A DNA stretch of 64,000 bases, taken from the NCBI RefSeq assembly GCF_000027125.1, contig NC_017626.1; one strand, 5' to 3'. Below the pieces are notes generated by a model. The model was not told the origin of the DNA and searched no databases. It saw only the letters and a program-made list of their open reading frames with translations. This document shows, in pieces, positions 10,402 to 20,322 of the stretch (its first letter is position 1; each line of letters begins with the position of its first letter). The position numbers and the translations under genes are program-made. This stretch comes from Escherichia coli 042. Lineage in GTDB: Bacteria; Pseudomonadota; Gammaproteobacteria; Enterobacterales; Enterobacteriaceae.

Positions 10402-11522
10402 TGCGTTTTGTTGATGAATATCGCGCGCCGGAACAGGTGATGCAGTTAATTGAGCATCTGCGCGAACGTGCTTCACATCTCTCTTACACCGCCGAACGCC
10501 CTCTGCGGATTATGGAAGTGTGCGGTGGTCATACCCACGCCATTTTTAAATTCGGCCTCGACCAGTTGCTGCCGGAAAACGTTGAGTTTATCCACGGTCC
10601 CGGTTGCCCGGTGTGTGTACTGCCGATGGGTAGAATCGACACCTGCGTGGAGATTGCCAGCCATCCGGAAGTCATCTTCTGTACCTTTGGCGACGCCATG
10701 CGCGTGCCGGGGAAACAGGGATCGCTGTTGCAGGCAAAAGCACGCGGTGCCGATGTGCGCATCGTTTACTCGCCGATGGATGCGTTGAAACTGGCGCAGG
10801 AGAATCCAACCCGCAAAGTGGTGTTCTTCGGCTTAGGTTTTGAAACCACCATGCCGACGACGGCCATCACTCTGCAACAGGCGAAAGCGCGTGATGTGCA
10901 GAATTTTTACTTCTTCTGCCAGCATATTACGCTTATCCCGACGCTGCGCAGTTTGCTGGAAGAGCCGGATAACGGTATCGACGCGTTTCTTGCGCCCGGT
11001 CACGTTAGTATGGTTATCGGCACTGATGCCTATAATTTTATCGCCAGCGATTTTCATCGTCCGCTGGTGGTCGCTGGTTTCGAACCCCTTGATCTACTGC
11101 AAGGCGTGGTGATGCTGGTGGAGCAGAAAATAGCGGCCCACAGCAAGGTTGAGAATCAGTATCGTCGGGTGGTGCCGGATGCCGGTAACCTGCTGGCGCA
11201 ACAGGCGATTGCCGATGTGTTCTGTGTCAACGGCGACAGCGAATGGCGCGGCTTAGGCGTGATTGAATCTTCTGGTGTACACCTGACGCCGGATTATCAA
11301 CGATTCGATGCCGAAGCGCATTTCCGCCCGGCACCGCAGCAGGTCTGCGATGACCCGCGCGCACGTTGTGGCGAAGTATTAACGGGCAAATGTAAGCCGC
11401 ATCAATGCCCGCTGTTTGGTAACACCTGTAATCCTCAAACCGCGTTTGGTGCGCTGATGGTTTCCTCCGAAGGAGCGTGCGCCGCGTGGTATCAGTATCG
11501 TCAGCAGGAGAGTGAAGCGTGA
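10401..11522 (+). CDS. hypD: hydrogenase maturation Fe-S protein
   Basis: 373 aa; CGGHTH, GPGCPVCV and FGNTCNP motifs. Confidence 0.95.
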   Translation: MRFVDEYRAPEQVMQLIEHLRERASHLSYTAERPLRIMEVCGGHTHAIFKFGLDQLLPENVEFIHGPGCPVCVLPMGRIDTCVEIASHPEVIFCTFGDAMRVPGKQGSLLQAKARGADVRIVYSPMDALKLAQENPTRKVVFFGLGFETTMPTTAITLQQAKARDVQNFYFFCQHITLIPTLRSLLEEPDNGIDAFLAPGHVSMVIGTDAYNFIASDFHRPLVVAGFEPLDLLQGVVMLVEQKIAAHSKVENQYRRVVPDAGNLLAQQAIADVFCVNGDSEWRGLGVIESSGVHLTPDYQRFDAEAHFRPAPQQVCDDPRARCGEVLTGKCKPHQCPLFGNTCNPQTAFGALMVSSEGACAAWYQYRQQESEA

Positions 11523-12529
11523 ATAATATCCAACTCGCCCACGGTAGCGGCGGCCAGGCGATGCAGCAATTAATCAACAGCCTGTTTATGGAAGCCTTTG
11601 CCAACCCGTGGCTGGCAGAGCAGGAAGATCAGGCACGTCTTGATCTGGCGCAGCTGGTAGCGGAAGGCGACCGTCTGGCGTTCTCCACCGACAGTTACGT
11701 CATTGACCCGCTGTTCTTTCCTGGCGGTAATATCGGCAAGCTGGCGATTTGCGGCACCGCGAATGACGTTGCGGTCAGTGGCGCTATTCCGCGCTATCTC
11801 TCCTGTGGCTTTATCCTCGAAGAAGGATTGCCGATGGAGACACTGAAAGCCGTAGTGACCAGCATGGCAGAAACCGCCCGCGCGGCAGGCATTGCCATCG
11901 TCACTGGCGATACTAAAGTGGTGCAGCGCGGCGCGGCAGATAAACTGTTTATCAACACCGCTGGCATGGGCGCAATTCCGGCGAATATTCACTGGGGCGC
12001 ACAGACGCTAACCGCAGGCGATGTATTGCTGGTTAGCGGTACACTCGGGGACCACGGGGCGACTATCCTTAACCTGCGTGAGCAACTGGGGCTGGACGGC
12101 GAACTAGTCAGCGACTGCGCGGTACTAACGCCGCTTATTCAGACGCTGCGTGACATTCCCGGCGTGAAAGCGCTGCGTGATGCCACCCGTGGTGGTGTGA
12201 ACGCGGTAGTTCATGAGTTCGCGGCAGCCTGCGGTTGCGGTATTGAAATTTCAGAAGCGGCACTGCCGGTTAAACCTGCTGTGCGCGGCGTTTGCGAACT
12301 GCTGGGACTGGACGCCCTTAACTTTGCCAACGAAGGCAAACTGGTGATCGCCGTTGAACGCAACGCGGCAGAGCAAGTGCTGGCAGCGTTACATTCCCAT
12401 CCACTGGGAAAAGACGCGGCGCTGATTGGTGAAGTGGTGGAACGTAAAGGTGTTCGTCTTGCCGGTCTGTATGGCGTGAAACGAACCCTCGATCTACCGC
12501 ACGCCGAACCGCTTCCGCGTATATGCTAA
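11519..12529 (+). CDS. hypE: carbamoyl dehydratase (hydrogenase cyanide-ligand synthesis)
   Basis: 336 aa PurM-like fold protein ending PRIC; operon position. Confidence 0.93.
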   Translation: MNNIQLAHGSGGQAMQQLINSLFMEAFANPWLAEQEDQARLDLAQLVAEGDRLAFSTDSYVIDPLFFPGGNIGKLAICGTANDVAVSGAIPRYLSCGFILEEGLPMETLKAVVTSMAETARAAGIAIVTGDTKVVQRGAADKLFINTAGMGAIPANIHWGAQTLTAGDVLLVSGTLGDHGATILNLREQLGLDGELVSDCAVLTPLIQTLRDIPGVKALRDATRGGVNAVVHEFAAACGCGIEISEAALPVKPAVRGVCELLGLDALNFANEGKLVIAVERNAAEQVLAALHSHPLGKDAALIGEVVERKGVRLAGLYGVKRTLDLPHAEPLPRIC

Positions 12530-12602
12530 TAAAATTCTAAATCTCCTATAGTTAGTCAATGACCTTTTGCACCGCTTTGCGGTGCTTTCCTGGAAGAACA
12601 AA

Positions 12603-14681
12603 ATGTCATATACACCGATGAGTGATCTCGGACAACAAGGGTTGTTCGACATCACTCGGACACTATTGCAGCAGCCCGATCTGGCCTCGCTGTGTGAGGC
12701 TCTTTCGCAACTGGTAAAGCGTTCTGCGCTCGCCGACAACGCGGCTATTGTGTTGTGGCAAGCGCAGACTCAACGTGCGTCTTATTACGCATCGCGTGAA
12801 AAAGACACCCCCATTAAATATGAAGACGAAACTGTTCTGGCACACGGTCCGGTACGCAGCATTTTGTCGCGCCCTGATACGCTGCATTGCAGTTACGAAG
12901 AATTTTGTGAAACCTGGCCGCAGCTGGCCGCAGGTGGGCTATACCCCAAATTTGGTCACTATTGCCTGATGCCACTGGCGGCGGAAGGGCATATTTTTGG
13001 TGGCTGTGAATTTATTCGTTATGACGATCGCCCCTGGAGCGAAAAAGAGTTCAATCGTCTGCAAACATTTACGCAGATCGTTTCTGTCGTCACCGAACAA
13101 ATCCAGAGCCGCGTCGTCAATAATGTCGACTATGAGTTGTTATGCCGGGAGCGCGATAACTTCCGCATCCTGGTTGCCATTACCAACGCGGTGCTTTCCC
13201 GCCTGGATATGGACGAACTGGTCAGCGAAGTCGCCAAAGAAATCCATTACTACTTCGACATTGACGATATCAGCATCGTCTTACGCAGCCACCGTAAAAA
13301 CAAACTCAACATCTACTCCACTCACTATCTTGATAAACAACATCCCGCCCACGAACAGAGCGAAGTCGATGAAGCCGGAACCCTCACCGAACGCGTGTTC
13401 AAAAGTAAAGAGATGCTGCTGATTAATCTCCACGAGCGGGATGATTTAGCCCCCTACGAACGCATGTTGTTCGACACCTGGGGCAACCAGATTCAAACCT
13501 TGTGCCTGTTACCGCTGATGTCTGGCGACACCATGCTGGGCGTGCTGAAACTGGCGCAATGCGAAGAGAAAGTGTTTACCACTACTAATCTGAATTTACT
13601 GCGCCAGATTGCCGAACGTGTGGCAATCGCTGTCGATAACGCCCTCGCCTATCAGGAAATCCATCGTCTGAAAGAACGGCTGGTTGATGAAAACCTCGCC
13701 CTGACCGAGCAGCTCAACAATGTTGATAGTGAATTTGGCGAGATTATTGGCCGCAGCGAAGCCATGTACAGCGTGCTTAAACAAGTTGAAATGGTGGCGC
13801 AAAGTGACAGTACCGTGCTGATCCTCGGTGAAACTGGCACGGGTAAAGAGCTGATTGCCCGCGCGATCCATAATCTCAGTGGGCGTAATAATCGCCGCAT
13901 GGTCAAAATGAACTGCGCGGCGATGCCTGCCGGATTGCTGGAAAGCGATCTGTTTGGTCATGAGCGTGGGGCTTTTACCGGTGCCAGCGCCCAGCGCATT
14001 GGTCGTTTTGAACTGGCGGATAAAAGCTCTCTGTTCCTCGACGAAGTGGGCGATATGCCACTGGAGTTACAGCCGAAGTTGCTGCGTGTATTGCAGGAAC
14101 AGGAGTTTGAACGCCTCGGCAGCAACAAAATCATTCAGACGGACGTGCGTCTAATCGCCGCGACTAACCGCGATCTGAAAAAAATGGTCGCCGACCGAGA
14201 GTTCCGTAGCGATCTCTATTACCGCCTGAACGTATTCCCGATCCACCTGCCGCCACTACGCGAGCGTCCGGAAGATATTCCGCTGCTGGCGAAAGCCTTT
14301 ACCTTCAAAATTGCCCGTCGTCTGGGGCGCAATATCGACAGCATTCCTGCCGAGACGCTGCGCACCTTGAGCAACATGGAGTGGCCGGGTAACGTACGCG
14401 AACTGGAAAACGTCATTGAGCGCGCGGTATTGCTAACACGCGGCAACGTGCTGCAGCTGTCATTGCCAGATATTGCTTTACCGGAGCCTGAAACGCCGCC
14501 TGCCGCAACGGTTGTCGCTCAGGAGGGCGAAGATGAATATCAGTTGATTGTTCGCGTGCTGAAAGAAACTAACGGCGTGGTTGCCGGGCCTAAAGGCGCT
14601 GCGCAACGTCTGGGGCTGAAACGCACGACCCTGCTGTCACGGATGAAGCGACTGGGAATTGATAAATCGGCATTGATTTAA
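12603..14681 (+). CDS. fhlA: formate hydrogenlyase transcriptional activator (sigma-54 enhancer-binding protein)
   Basis: Starts MSYTPMSDLGQQ; GAF domains, AAA+ sigma-54 interaction motifs (GETGTGKE, GAFTGA), C-terminal HTH; 692 aa. Confidence 0.95.
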   Translation: MSYTPMSDLGQQGLFDITRTLLQQPDLASLCEALSQLVKRSALADNAAIVLWQAQTQRASYYASREKDTPIKYEDETVLAHGPVRSILSRPDTLHCSYEEFCETWPQLAAGGLYPKFGHYCLMPLAAEGHIFGGCEFIRYDDRPWSEKEFNRLQTFTQIVSVVTEQIQSRVVNNVDYELLCRERDNFRILVAITNAVLSRLDMDELVSEVAKEIHYYFDIDDISIVLRSHRKNKLNIYSTHYLDKQHPAHEQSEVDEAGTLTERVFKSKEMLLINLHERDDLAPYERMLFDTWGNQIQTLCLLPLMSGDTMLGVLKLAQCEEKVFTTTNLNLLRQIAERVAIAVDNALAYQEIHRLKERLVDENLALTEQLNNVDSEFGEIIGRSEAMYSVLKQVEMVAQSDSTVLILGETGTGKELIARAIHNLSGRNNRRMVKMNCAAMPAGLLESDLFGHERGAFTGASAQRIGRFELADKSSLFLDEVGDMPLELQPKLLRVLQEQEFERLGSNKIIQTDVRLIAATNRDLKKMVADREFRSDLYYRLNVFPIHLPPLRERPEDIPLLAKAFTFKIARRLGRNIDSIPAETLRTLSNMEWPGNVRELENVIERAVLLTRGNVLQLSLPDIALPEPETPPAATVVAQEGEDEYQLIVRVLKETNGVVAGPKGAAQRLGLKRTTLLSRMKRLGIDKSALI

Positions 14682-14725
14682 CAGATGTGGTTATACTCGA
14701 TCAACATTCAATGAAAGGAGGCAGT

Positions 14726-15154
14726 ATGGCAGTTTCAGCAAGAAATCAATTAACCGGAACAGTTAGCGCAGTAGCAATGGGCGCTGTGAATGATGAAGTA
14801 GAACTGACGCTGGCAGGTGGTGCAAAGCTGGTGGCAATTGTGACTCACAGCAGCCAGCAAGCGCTGGGTCTGGCGAAAGGGAAAGAAGCGATTGCCCTGA
14901 TTAAAGCCCCGTGGGTAACGCTGGCAACGGAAGACTGTGGACTGAAATTCTCTGCTCGCAACCAGTTTGCTGGCAGCGTGTCGACAATCACCGAAGGCGC
15001 AGTGAACGCCACTGTCCATATCAAAACGGATGCGGGTTTTGAAATTGTGGCAGTGGTAACAAATGAAAGTCAGGATGAAATGAAACTCACCACTGGCTCA
15101 CGCGTTATTGCATTGATCAAAGCATCAGCCATCCTGATTGCCACCAAAGCGTAA
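14726..15154 (+). CDS. tandem Mop/TOBE-domain protein (putative molybdate-binding molbindin)
   Basis: Two ~70 aa internal repeats (ARNQLTGTVS...LIKAPWVTLATE and ARNQFAGSVS...LIKASAILIATKA); aaaggagg RBS before ATG at 14726; alternative start at 14711. Confidence 0.7.
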   Translation: MAVSARNQLTGTVSAVAMGAVNDEVELTLAGGAKLVAIVTHSSQQALGLAKGKEAIALIKAPWVTLATEDCGLKFSARNQFAGSVSTITEGAVNATVHIKTDAGFEIVAVVTNESQDEMKLTTGSRVIALIKASAILIATKA

Positions 15155-15192
15155 GCGCCTTATTTGCCGGAGAGTATGGCTCTCCGGCAGAT

Positions 15193-15537
15193 TTATTTCT
15201 TTGGACGATATTTTTCTGGCAACTCCGGCACCGGACGCTTGTCATCGATGAGATGACGCACGGTTAAGATCGGATGACGCCACAGCATTCTCGGCCCGGC
15301 CCAACGCATAATCTGTTTCATCTCTTCACGCTTTGCAGGCTGGTAACAGTGCACCGGACACTGCTTACAGGCTGGTTTCTCTTCGCCGAACACACATTTA
15401 TCCAGCCGCTTTTGCGCGTAGGCAAACAGCGCGTCGTAATGCTCCGGCTCCGCTGACGCCTGCGGGCATTTCGCTTGATAAAGATCGATCATTTTTTTAA
15501 TCGTCAGTTTTTCACGAGAGATACGCTTGCCGGACAT
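15193..15537 (-). CDS. ygbA: conserved Cys-rich protein of the nitrosative-stress regulon
   Basis: 114 aa ORF with CxxC pairs; position between fhlA and mutS. Confidence 0.8.
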   Translation of the reverse strand: MSGKRISREKLTIKKMIDLYQAKCPQASAEPEHYDALFAYAQKRLDKCVFGEEKPACKQCPVHCYQPAKREEMKQIMRWAGPRMLWRHPILTVRHLIDDKRPVPELPEKYRPKK

Positions 15538-15554
15538 GCTGCCTCCATACTCTT

Positions 15555-15577
15555 AAGGTGTATTTATATTACAACTT
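15555..15577. promoter_or_regulatory. candidate NsrR operator upstream of ygbA
   Basis: aaggtgtatttatattacaactt: imperfect inverted repeat resembling the AAGATGyATTT-n-AAATrCATCTT NsrR consensus. Confidence 0.4.
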
Positions 15578-15823
15578 AATTTGAAAGGGGACTATGGCTC
15601 TGAAGGAGGAGGTTTATTCAACCGACGCAATTTTGCGTACTTGCTTCATAAGCATCACGCAAAAGCTGCAAAACAGCATCTTTCCCGGAATCACCATCAA
15701 GAACTCGCCGTTCGCTTCTTCCCCTGAAATGATTAACTCCGGTATCATGTGCGCCTTATGTGATTACAACGAAAATAAAAACCATCACACCCCATTTAAT
15801 ATCAGGGAACCGGACATAACCCC

Positions 15824-18385
15824 ATGAGTGCAATAGAAAATTTCGATGCCCATACGCCCATGATGCAGCAGTATCTCAAGCTGAAAGCCCAGCATCCCGA
15901 GATCCTGCTGTTTTACCGGATGGGTGATTTTTATGAACTGTTTTATGACGATGCAAAACGCGCGTCGCAGCTGCTGGATATTTCACTGACCAAACGCGGT
16001 GCTTCCGCGGGAGAGCCGATCCCGATGGCGGGGATCCCCTACCATGCGGTGGAAAACTACCTCGCCAAACTGGTGAATCAGGGCGAGTCCGTTGCCATCT
16101 GCGAACAAATTGGCGATCCGGCGACCAGCAAAGGTCCAGTTGAGCGCAAAGTTGTGCGTATCGTTACGCCAGGCACCATCAGCGATGAAGCCCTGTTACA
16201 AGAGCGCCAGGACAATCTGCTGGCGGCTATCTGGCAGGACAGTAAAGGTTTCGGCTACGCGACGCTGGATATCAGTTCCGGTCGTTTTCGCCTGAGCGAA
16301 CCGGCTGACCGGGAAACGATGGCGGCAGAACTGCAACGCACTAATCCGGCGGAACTGCTATATGCAGAAGATTTTGCTGAGATGTCGCTGATTGAAGGTC
16401 GTCGCGGTCTGCGCCGTCGTCCGCTGTGGGAGTTTGAAATCGACACCGCGCGCCAGCAGTTGAATCTGCAATTTGGCACCCGCGATCTGGTCGGTTTTGG
16501 CGTCGAGAACGCGCCGCGCGGACTTTGTGCTGCCGGTTGTCTGTTGCAGTATGCGAAAGATACCCAACGTACGACTCTGCCGCATATTCGTTCTATCACT
16601 ATGGAACGTGAGCAGGACAGCATCATTATGGATGCCGCGACGCGTCGTAACCTGGAAATTACCCAGAACCTGGCGGGCGGTGCGGAAAACACGCTGGCTT
16701 CAGTGCTCGACTGCACTGTAACGCCGATGGGTAGTCGTATGCTGAAACGCTGGCTGCATATGCCAGTGCGCGATACCCGCGTGTTGCTTGAGCGCCAGCA
16801 AACTATTGGCGCATTGCAGGATTTCACCGCCGAGCTACAGCCGGTGCTGCGTCAGGTCGGCGACCTGGAACGTATTCTGGCGCGTCTGGCTTTACGAACT
16901 GCTCGCCCACGCGATCTGGCCCGTATGCGTCACGCTTTCCAGCAACTGCCGGAGCTGCGTGCGCAGTTAGAAAATGTCGATAGCGCTCCGGTACAGGCGC
17001 TACGTGAAAAAATGGGCGAGTTTGCCGAGCTGCGCGATCTGCTGGAGCGGGCAATCATCGACACACCGCCAGTGCTGGTACGCGACGGTGGTGTTATCGC
17101 ATCGGGCTATAACGAAGAGCTGGATGAGTGGCGCGCGCTGGCTGACGGCGCGACCGATTATCTGGAGCGTCTGGAAGTCCGCGAGCGTGAACGTACTGGC
17201 CTGGACACGCTGAAAGTCGGCTTTAACGCGGTTCATGGTTATTACATTCAGATCAGCCGTGGACAAAGCCATCTGGCACCCATCAACTACATGCGTCGCC
17301 AGACGCTGAAAAACGCCGAGCGCTACATCATTCCAGAGCTAAAAGAGTACGAAGATAAAGTTCTCACCTCAAAAGGCAAAGCACTGGCACTGGAAAAACA
17401 ACTTTATGAAGAGCTGTTCGACCTGCTGTTGCCGCATCTGGAAGCGTTGCAACAGAGCGCGAGCGCGCTGGCGGAACTTGATGTGCTGGTTAACCTGGCG
17501 GAACGGGCCTATACCCTGAACTACACCTGCCCGACCTTCATTGATAAACCGGGTATTCGCATCACCGAAGGTCGCCATCCGGTGGTTGAACAGGTACTGA
17601 ACGAGCCATTTATCGCCAACCCGCTGAACCTGTCGCCGCAGCGTCGCATGTTGATCATTACCGGTCCGAATATGGGCGGTAAAAGTACCTATATGCGCCA
17701 GACCGCACTGATTGCGCTGATGGCCTACATCGGCAGCTATGTACCGGCACAAAAAGTCGAGATTGGACCTATCGACCGTATCTTCACCCGCGTAGGGGCA
17801 GCGGATGATCTGGCATCCGGGCGTTCAACCTTTATGGTGGAGATGACCGAAACCGCCAATATTCTGCATAACGCCACCGAGTACAGTCTGGTGCTGATGG
17901 ATGAGATTGGGCGCGGGACGTCCACTTACGATGGTCTGTCGCTGGCGTGGGCGTGCGCGGAAAATCTGGCGAATAAGATTAAAGCGTTGACGTTGTTTGC
18001 CACCCACTATTTCGAGCTGACCCAGTTACCGGAGAAAATGGAAGGCGTCGCCAACGTGCATCTCGATGCACTGGAGCACGGCGACACCATTGCCTTTATG
18101 CACAGCGTGCAGGATGGCGCGGCGAGCAAAAGCTACGGCCTGGCGGTTGCAGCTCTGGCGGGCGTGCCAAAAGAGGTTATTAAGCGCGCACGGCAAAAAC
18201 TGCGTGAGCTGGAAAGCATTTCGCCGAACGCCGCCGCGACACAGGTCGATGGCACGCAGATGTCGCTGCTTTCAGTGCCGGAAGAAACCTCGCCCGCGGT
18301 GGAAGCGCTGGAAAATCTCGACCCGGATTCACTCACTCCGCGCCAGGCGCTGGAGTGGATTTATCGGTTGAAGAGTCTGGTATAA
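15824..18385 (+). CDS. mutS: DNA mismatch repair protein
   Basis: 853 aa; Walker [10 protein letters not shown]; N-terminal [18 protein letters not shown]. Confidence 0.97.
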   Translation: MSAIENFDAHTPMMQQYLKLKAQHPEILLFYRMGDFYELFYDDAKRASQLLDISLTKRGASAGEPIPMAGIPYHAVENYLAKLVNQGESVAICEQIGDPATSKGPVERKVVRIVTPGTISDEALLQERQDNLLAAIWQDSKGFGYATLDISSGRFRLSEPADRETMAAELQRTNPAELLYAEDFAEMSLIEGRRGLRRRPLWEFEIDTARQQLNLQFGTRDLVGFGVENAPRGLCAAGCLLQYAKDTQRTTLPHIRSITMEREQDSIIMDAATRRNLEITQNLAGGAENTLASVLDCTVTPMGSRMLKRWLHMPVRDTRVLLERQQTIGALQDFTAELQPVLRQVGDLERILARLALRTARPRDLARMRHAFQQLPELRAQLENVDSAPVQALREKMGEFAELRDLLERAIIDTPPVLVRDGGVIASGYNEELDEWRALADGATDYLERLEVRERERTGLDTLKVGFNAVHGYYIQISRGQSHLAPINYMRRQTLKNAERYIIPELKEYEDKVLTSKGKALALEKQLYEELFDLLLPHLEALQQSASALAELDVLVNLAERAYTLNYTCPTFIDKPGIRITEGRHPVVEQVLNEPFIANPLNLSPQRRMLIITGPNMGGKSTYMRQTALIALMAYIGSYVPAQKVEIGPIDRIFTRVGAADDLASGRSTFMVEMTETANILHNATEYSLVLMDEIGRGTSTYDGLSLAWACAENLANKIKALTLFATHYFELTQLPEKMEGVANVHLDALEHGDTIAFMHSVQDGAASKSYGLAVAALAGVPKEVIKRARQKLRELESISPNAAATQVDGTQMSLLSVPEETSPAVEALENLDPDSLTPRQALEWIYRLKSLV

Positions 18386-18391
18386 TATTAA

Positions 18392-18418
18392 TGAGCCCCG
18401 ATTAAACTTCGGGGCTCA
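18392..18418 (+). terminator. hairpin after mutS
   Basis: tgagccccg-attaaactt-cggggctca perfect 9-bp stem directly after the mutS stop. Confidence 0.5.
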
Positions 18419-18489
18419 TATATCTCTTATCCGATAGATAAAAAAGGAGTAAAATAAACACTATTAAGAACAAAACATTCAAGAAAAAA

Positions 18490-19353
18490 ATGAGAATAAC
18501 GATTGCATCAATAATTTTAATAATTAGCGCCACTGCAATAGGCGCCGAAGATACCCCTTCACATTTTGATATTCCCGAGCAAGTATTAAATAATATTACG
18601 AAGGAATCACGAAATAAACTGCAGGATATCATTGCCAAGGCTCAACATGGCGATAAAGCCTCACAAACGGTGATGGGACTCATATACCTGAATGGTCTAT
18701 CTGAAAGTCCTTCAGTGAAGGATATAAACAAAGCATTTTATTGGCTCAACCTTGCAGCAAAGCAAAATTATGATGAAGCTGAATTTTACTTAGGACAGAT
18801 TTATCATTACGGATATGATAATACGGGGCCTAACTATCGTATTGCGATATACTGGTATGAGAAAGCGGCAGAAAAAGGGAATGAACAAGCTCAAATAAAC
18901 TGTGCGAATATTTATCAATTTGGCCCACAGGAATTCCAAAACATTAACAAAGCCAAGTATTGGCTTCAGAAAGCAGTACAGAAGGACAATCCTATTGCAC
19001 ATGCAAACTTAGGGATTATCGGAATTCAAGAGAATAAGTATGCTGAAGCTATCCCTCACTTAAAAATAGCGGCAGAAAAGGGTCAGCGACTCGGCCAATA
19101 TAATTACGGGACACTTTTTTTTAATGGTCAGGGCGTTCCCAAAGATATACGACAGGCTAAATACTGGTTTGAGAAAGCTGCTACTCAAAACTTACCTATT
19201 GCACAAATTACTTTAGGACAAATTTATGCCTGGGGGCTTGATGGAAATGGCATAAATAAAGAAGAAGCGTTGCTCTGGTTAAATAAAGCCAAAGCCCAAG
19301 GTCAATTTACTGATAAACAGATCAACGCCATTATTTCAAAAAAAATAGACTAA
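18490..19353 (+). CDS. secreted Sel1-repeat (TPR-like) protein
   Basis: 287 aa; N-terminal signal peptide; about 7 Sel1-like repeats (recurring xAxxWxxKAAxQG); AT-rich coding sequence. Confidence 0.75.
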   Translation: MRITIASIILIISATAIGAEDTPSHFDIPEQVLNNITKESRNKLQDIIAKAQHGDKASQTVMGLIYLNGLSESPSVKDINKAFYWLNLAAKQNYDEAEFYLGQIYHYGYDNTGPNYRIAIYWYEKAAEKGNEQAQINCANIYQFGPQEFQNINKAKYWLQKAVQKDNPIAHANLGIIGIQENKYAEAIPHLKIAAEKGQRLGQYNYGTLFFNGQGVPKDIRQAKYWFEKAATQNLPIAQITLGQIYAWGLDGNGINKEEALLWLNKAKAQGQFTDKQINAIISKKID

Positions 19354-19377
19354 CTCCAAACCAAAATGCTCAAATCA

Positions 19378-20034
19378 ATGCCATCTATTCGCTATCACAA
19401 AATAGAATCATTTAATTATCGCCATATATGGGCCGTTGGTGATATTCATGGCGATTATCAATTATTACAATCCCGCTTACACCAACTCTCTTTTTGCCCC
19501 GAAACTGACTTACTTATTTCCGTAGGCGATAATATTGATCGTGGGCCGGATAGTCTTAACGTGCTACGCCTGTTAAACCAGCCCTGGTTTACATCGGTTA
19601 AAGGCAACCACGAGGCAATGGCGCTTGATGCCTTCGCGACTGGCGATGGCAATATGTGGCTTGCCAGTGGCGGTGACTGGTTCTTTGAGTTAAATGATTC
19701 AGAACAAAAAGAAGCAATAGACCTGTTGCTTCGCTTTCATCATCTTCCGCATATTATAGAAATCACCAACGATATTATAAAATATGTTATCGTACATGCA
19801 GATTATCCGGGTGATGAATATCAGTTTGGCAAGGAAGTAGCGGAAAGAGAGGTACTCTGGCCTGTTGATCGCGTGCAGAAATCACTCAAAGGCGAGTTAA
19901 AAGAAATAAACGGTGCCGACTGTTTTATCTTCGGGCATATGATGTTTACAAATATCCAGACATTTGCCAATCAGGTTTATATTGATACCGGCTCGCCGGA
20001 AAGCGGGCGGTTATCGTTTTATAAAATAAAATGA
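19378..20034 (+). CDS. pphB: serine/threonine protein phosphatase 2 (PPP family)
   Basis: GDIHG, GDNIDRG and GNHE metallophosphatase motifs; about 218 aa from MPSIRY. Confidence 0.88.
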   Translation: MPSIRYHKIESFNYRHIWAVGDIHGDYQLLQSRLHQLSFCPETDLLISVGDNIDRGPDSLNVLRLLNQPWFTSVKGNHEAMALDAFATGDGNMWLASGGDWFFELNDSEQKEAIDLLLRFHHLPHIIEITNDIIKYVIVHADYPGDEYQFGKEVAEREVLWPVDRVQKSLKGELKEINGADCFIFGHMMFTNIQTFANQVYIDTGSPESGRLSFYKIK

Positions 20035-20039
20035 CAAGA

Positions 20040-20075
20040 CCGGGTAAGGCAAAGCCTCTACCCGGCACTTTTTTA
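20040..20075. terminator. bidirectional hairpin between convergent pphB and ecdD
   Basis: ccgggta-aggcaaagcctc-tacccgg stem-loop followed by a T-run. Confidence 0.55.
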
Positions 20076-20312
20076 TTAACGCTTATCTGCCACCAGCAGT
20101 GGCGGAATGCTCGGCACCATTGGCGCGTCATCAATATCTTTCTGCGTCATGCGGAACGCTTCGGGATAATGTTCGCGGCTGGTGCGGCGCAGCGGTTCGG
20201 TATCGCGCCAGGTATAGAGGCAATGCTGGCACTGGTAGACCGTCCAGACATCTTTTACCGGCGATTTCGCCATCACTTCAATCTGTTCATCAGCACAACG
20301 TGGACAAATCAT
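20076..20312 (-). CDS. ecdD: phenolic acid decarboxylase small subunit (BsdD/VdcD-like)
   Basis: 78 aa Cys-containing ORF immediately downstream of the UbiD-like gene. Confidence 0.75.
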   Translation of the reverse strand: MICPRCADEQIEVMAKSPVKDVWTVYQCQHCLYTWRDTEPLRRTSREHYPEAFRMTQKDIDDAPMVPSIPPLLVADKR

Positions 20313-20322
20313 CTTGTTCTCC

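Noticed and set aside
15594-15827. 77-aa plus-strand ORF in the ygbA-mutS intergenic region
   Set aside because: No RBS, ends overlapping the mutS start, and the region is better explained as the divergent ygbA/mutS promoter area.
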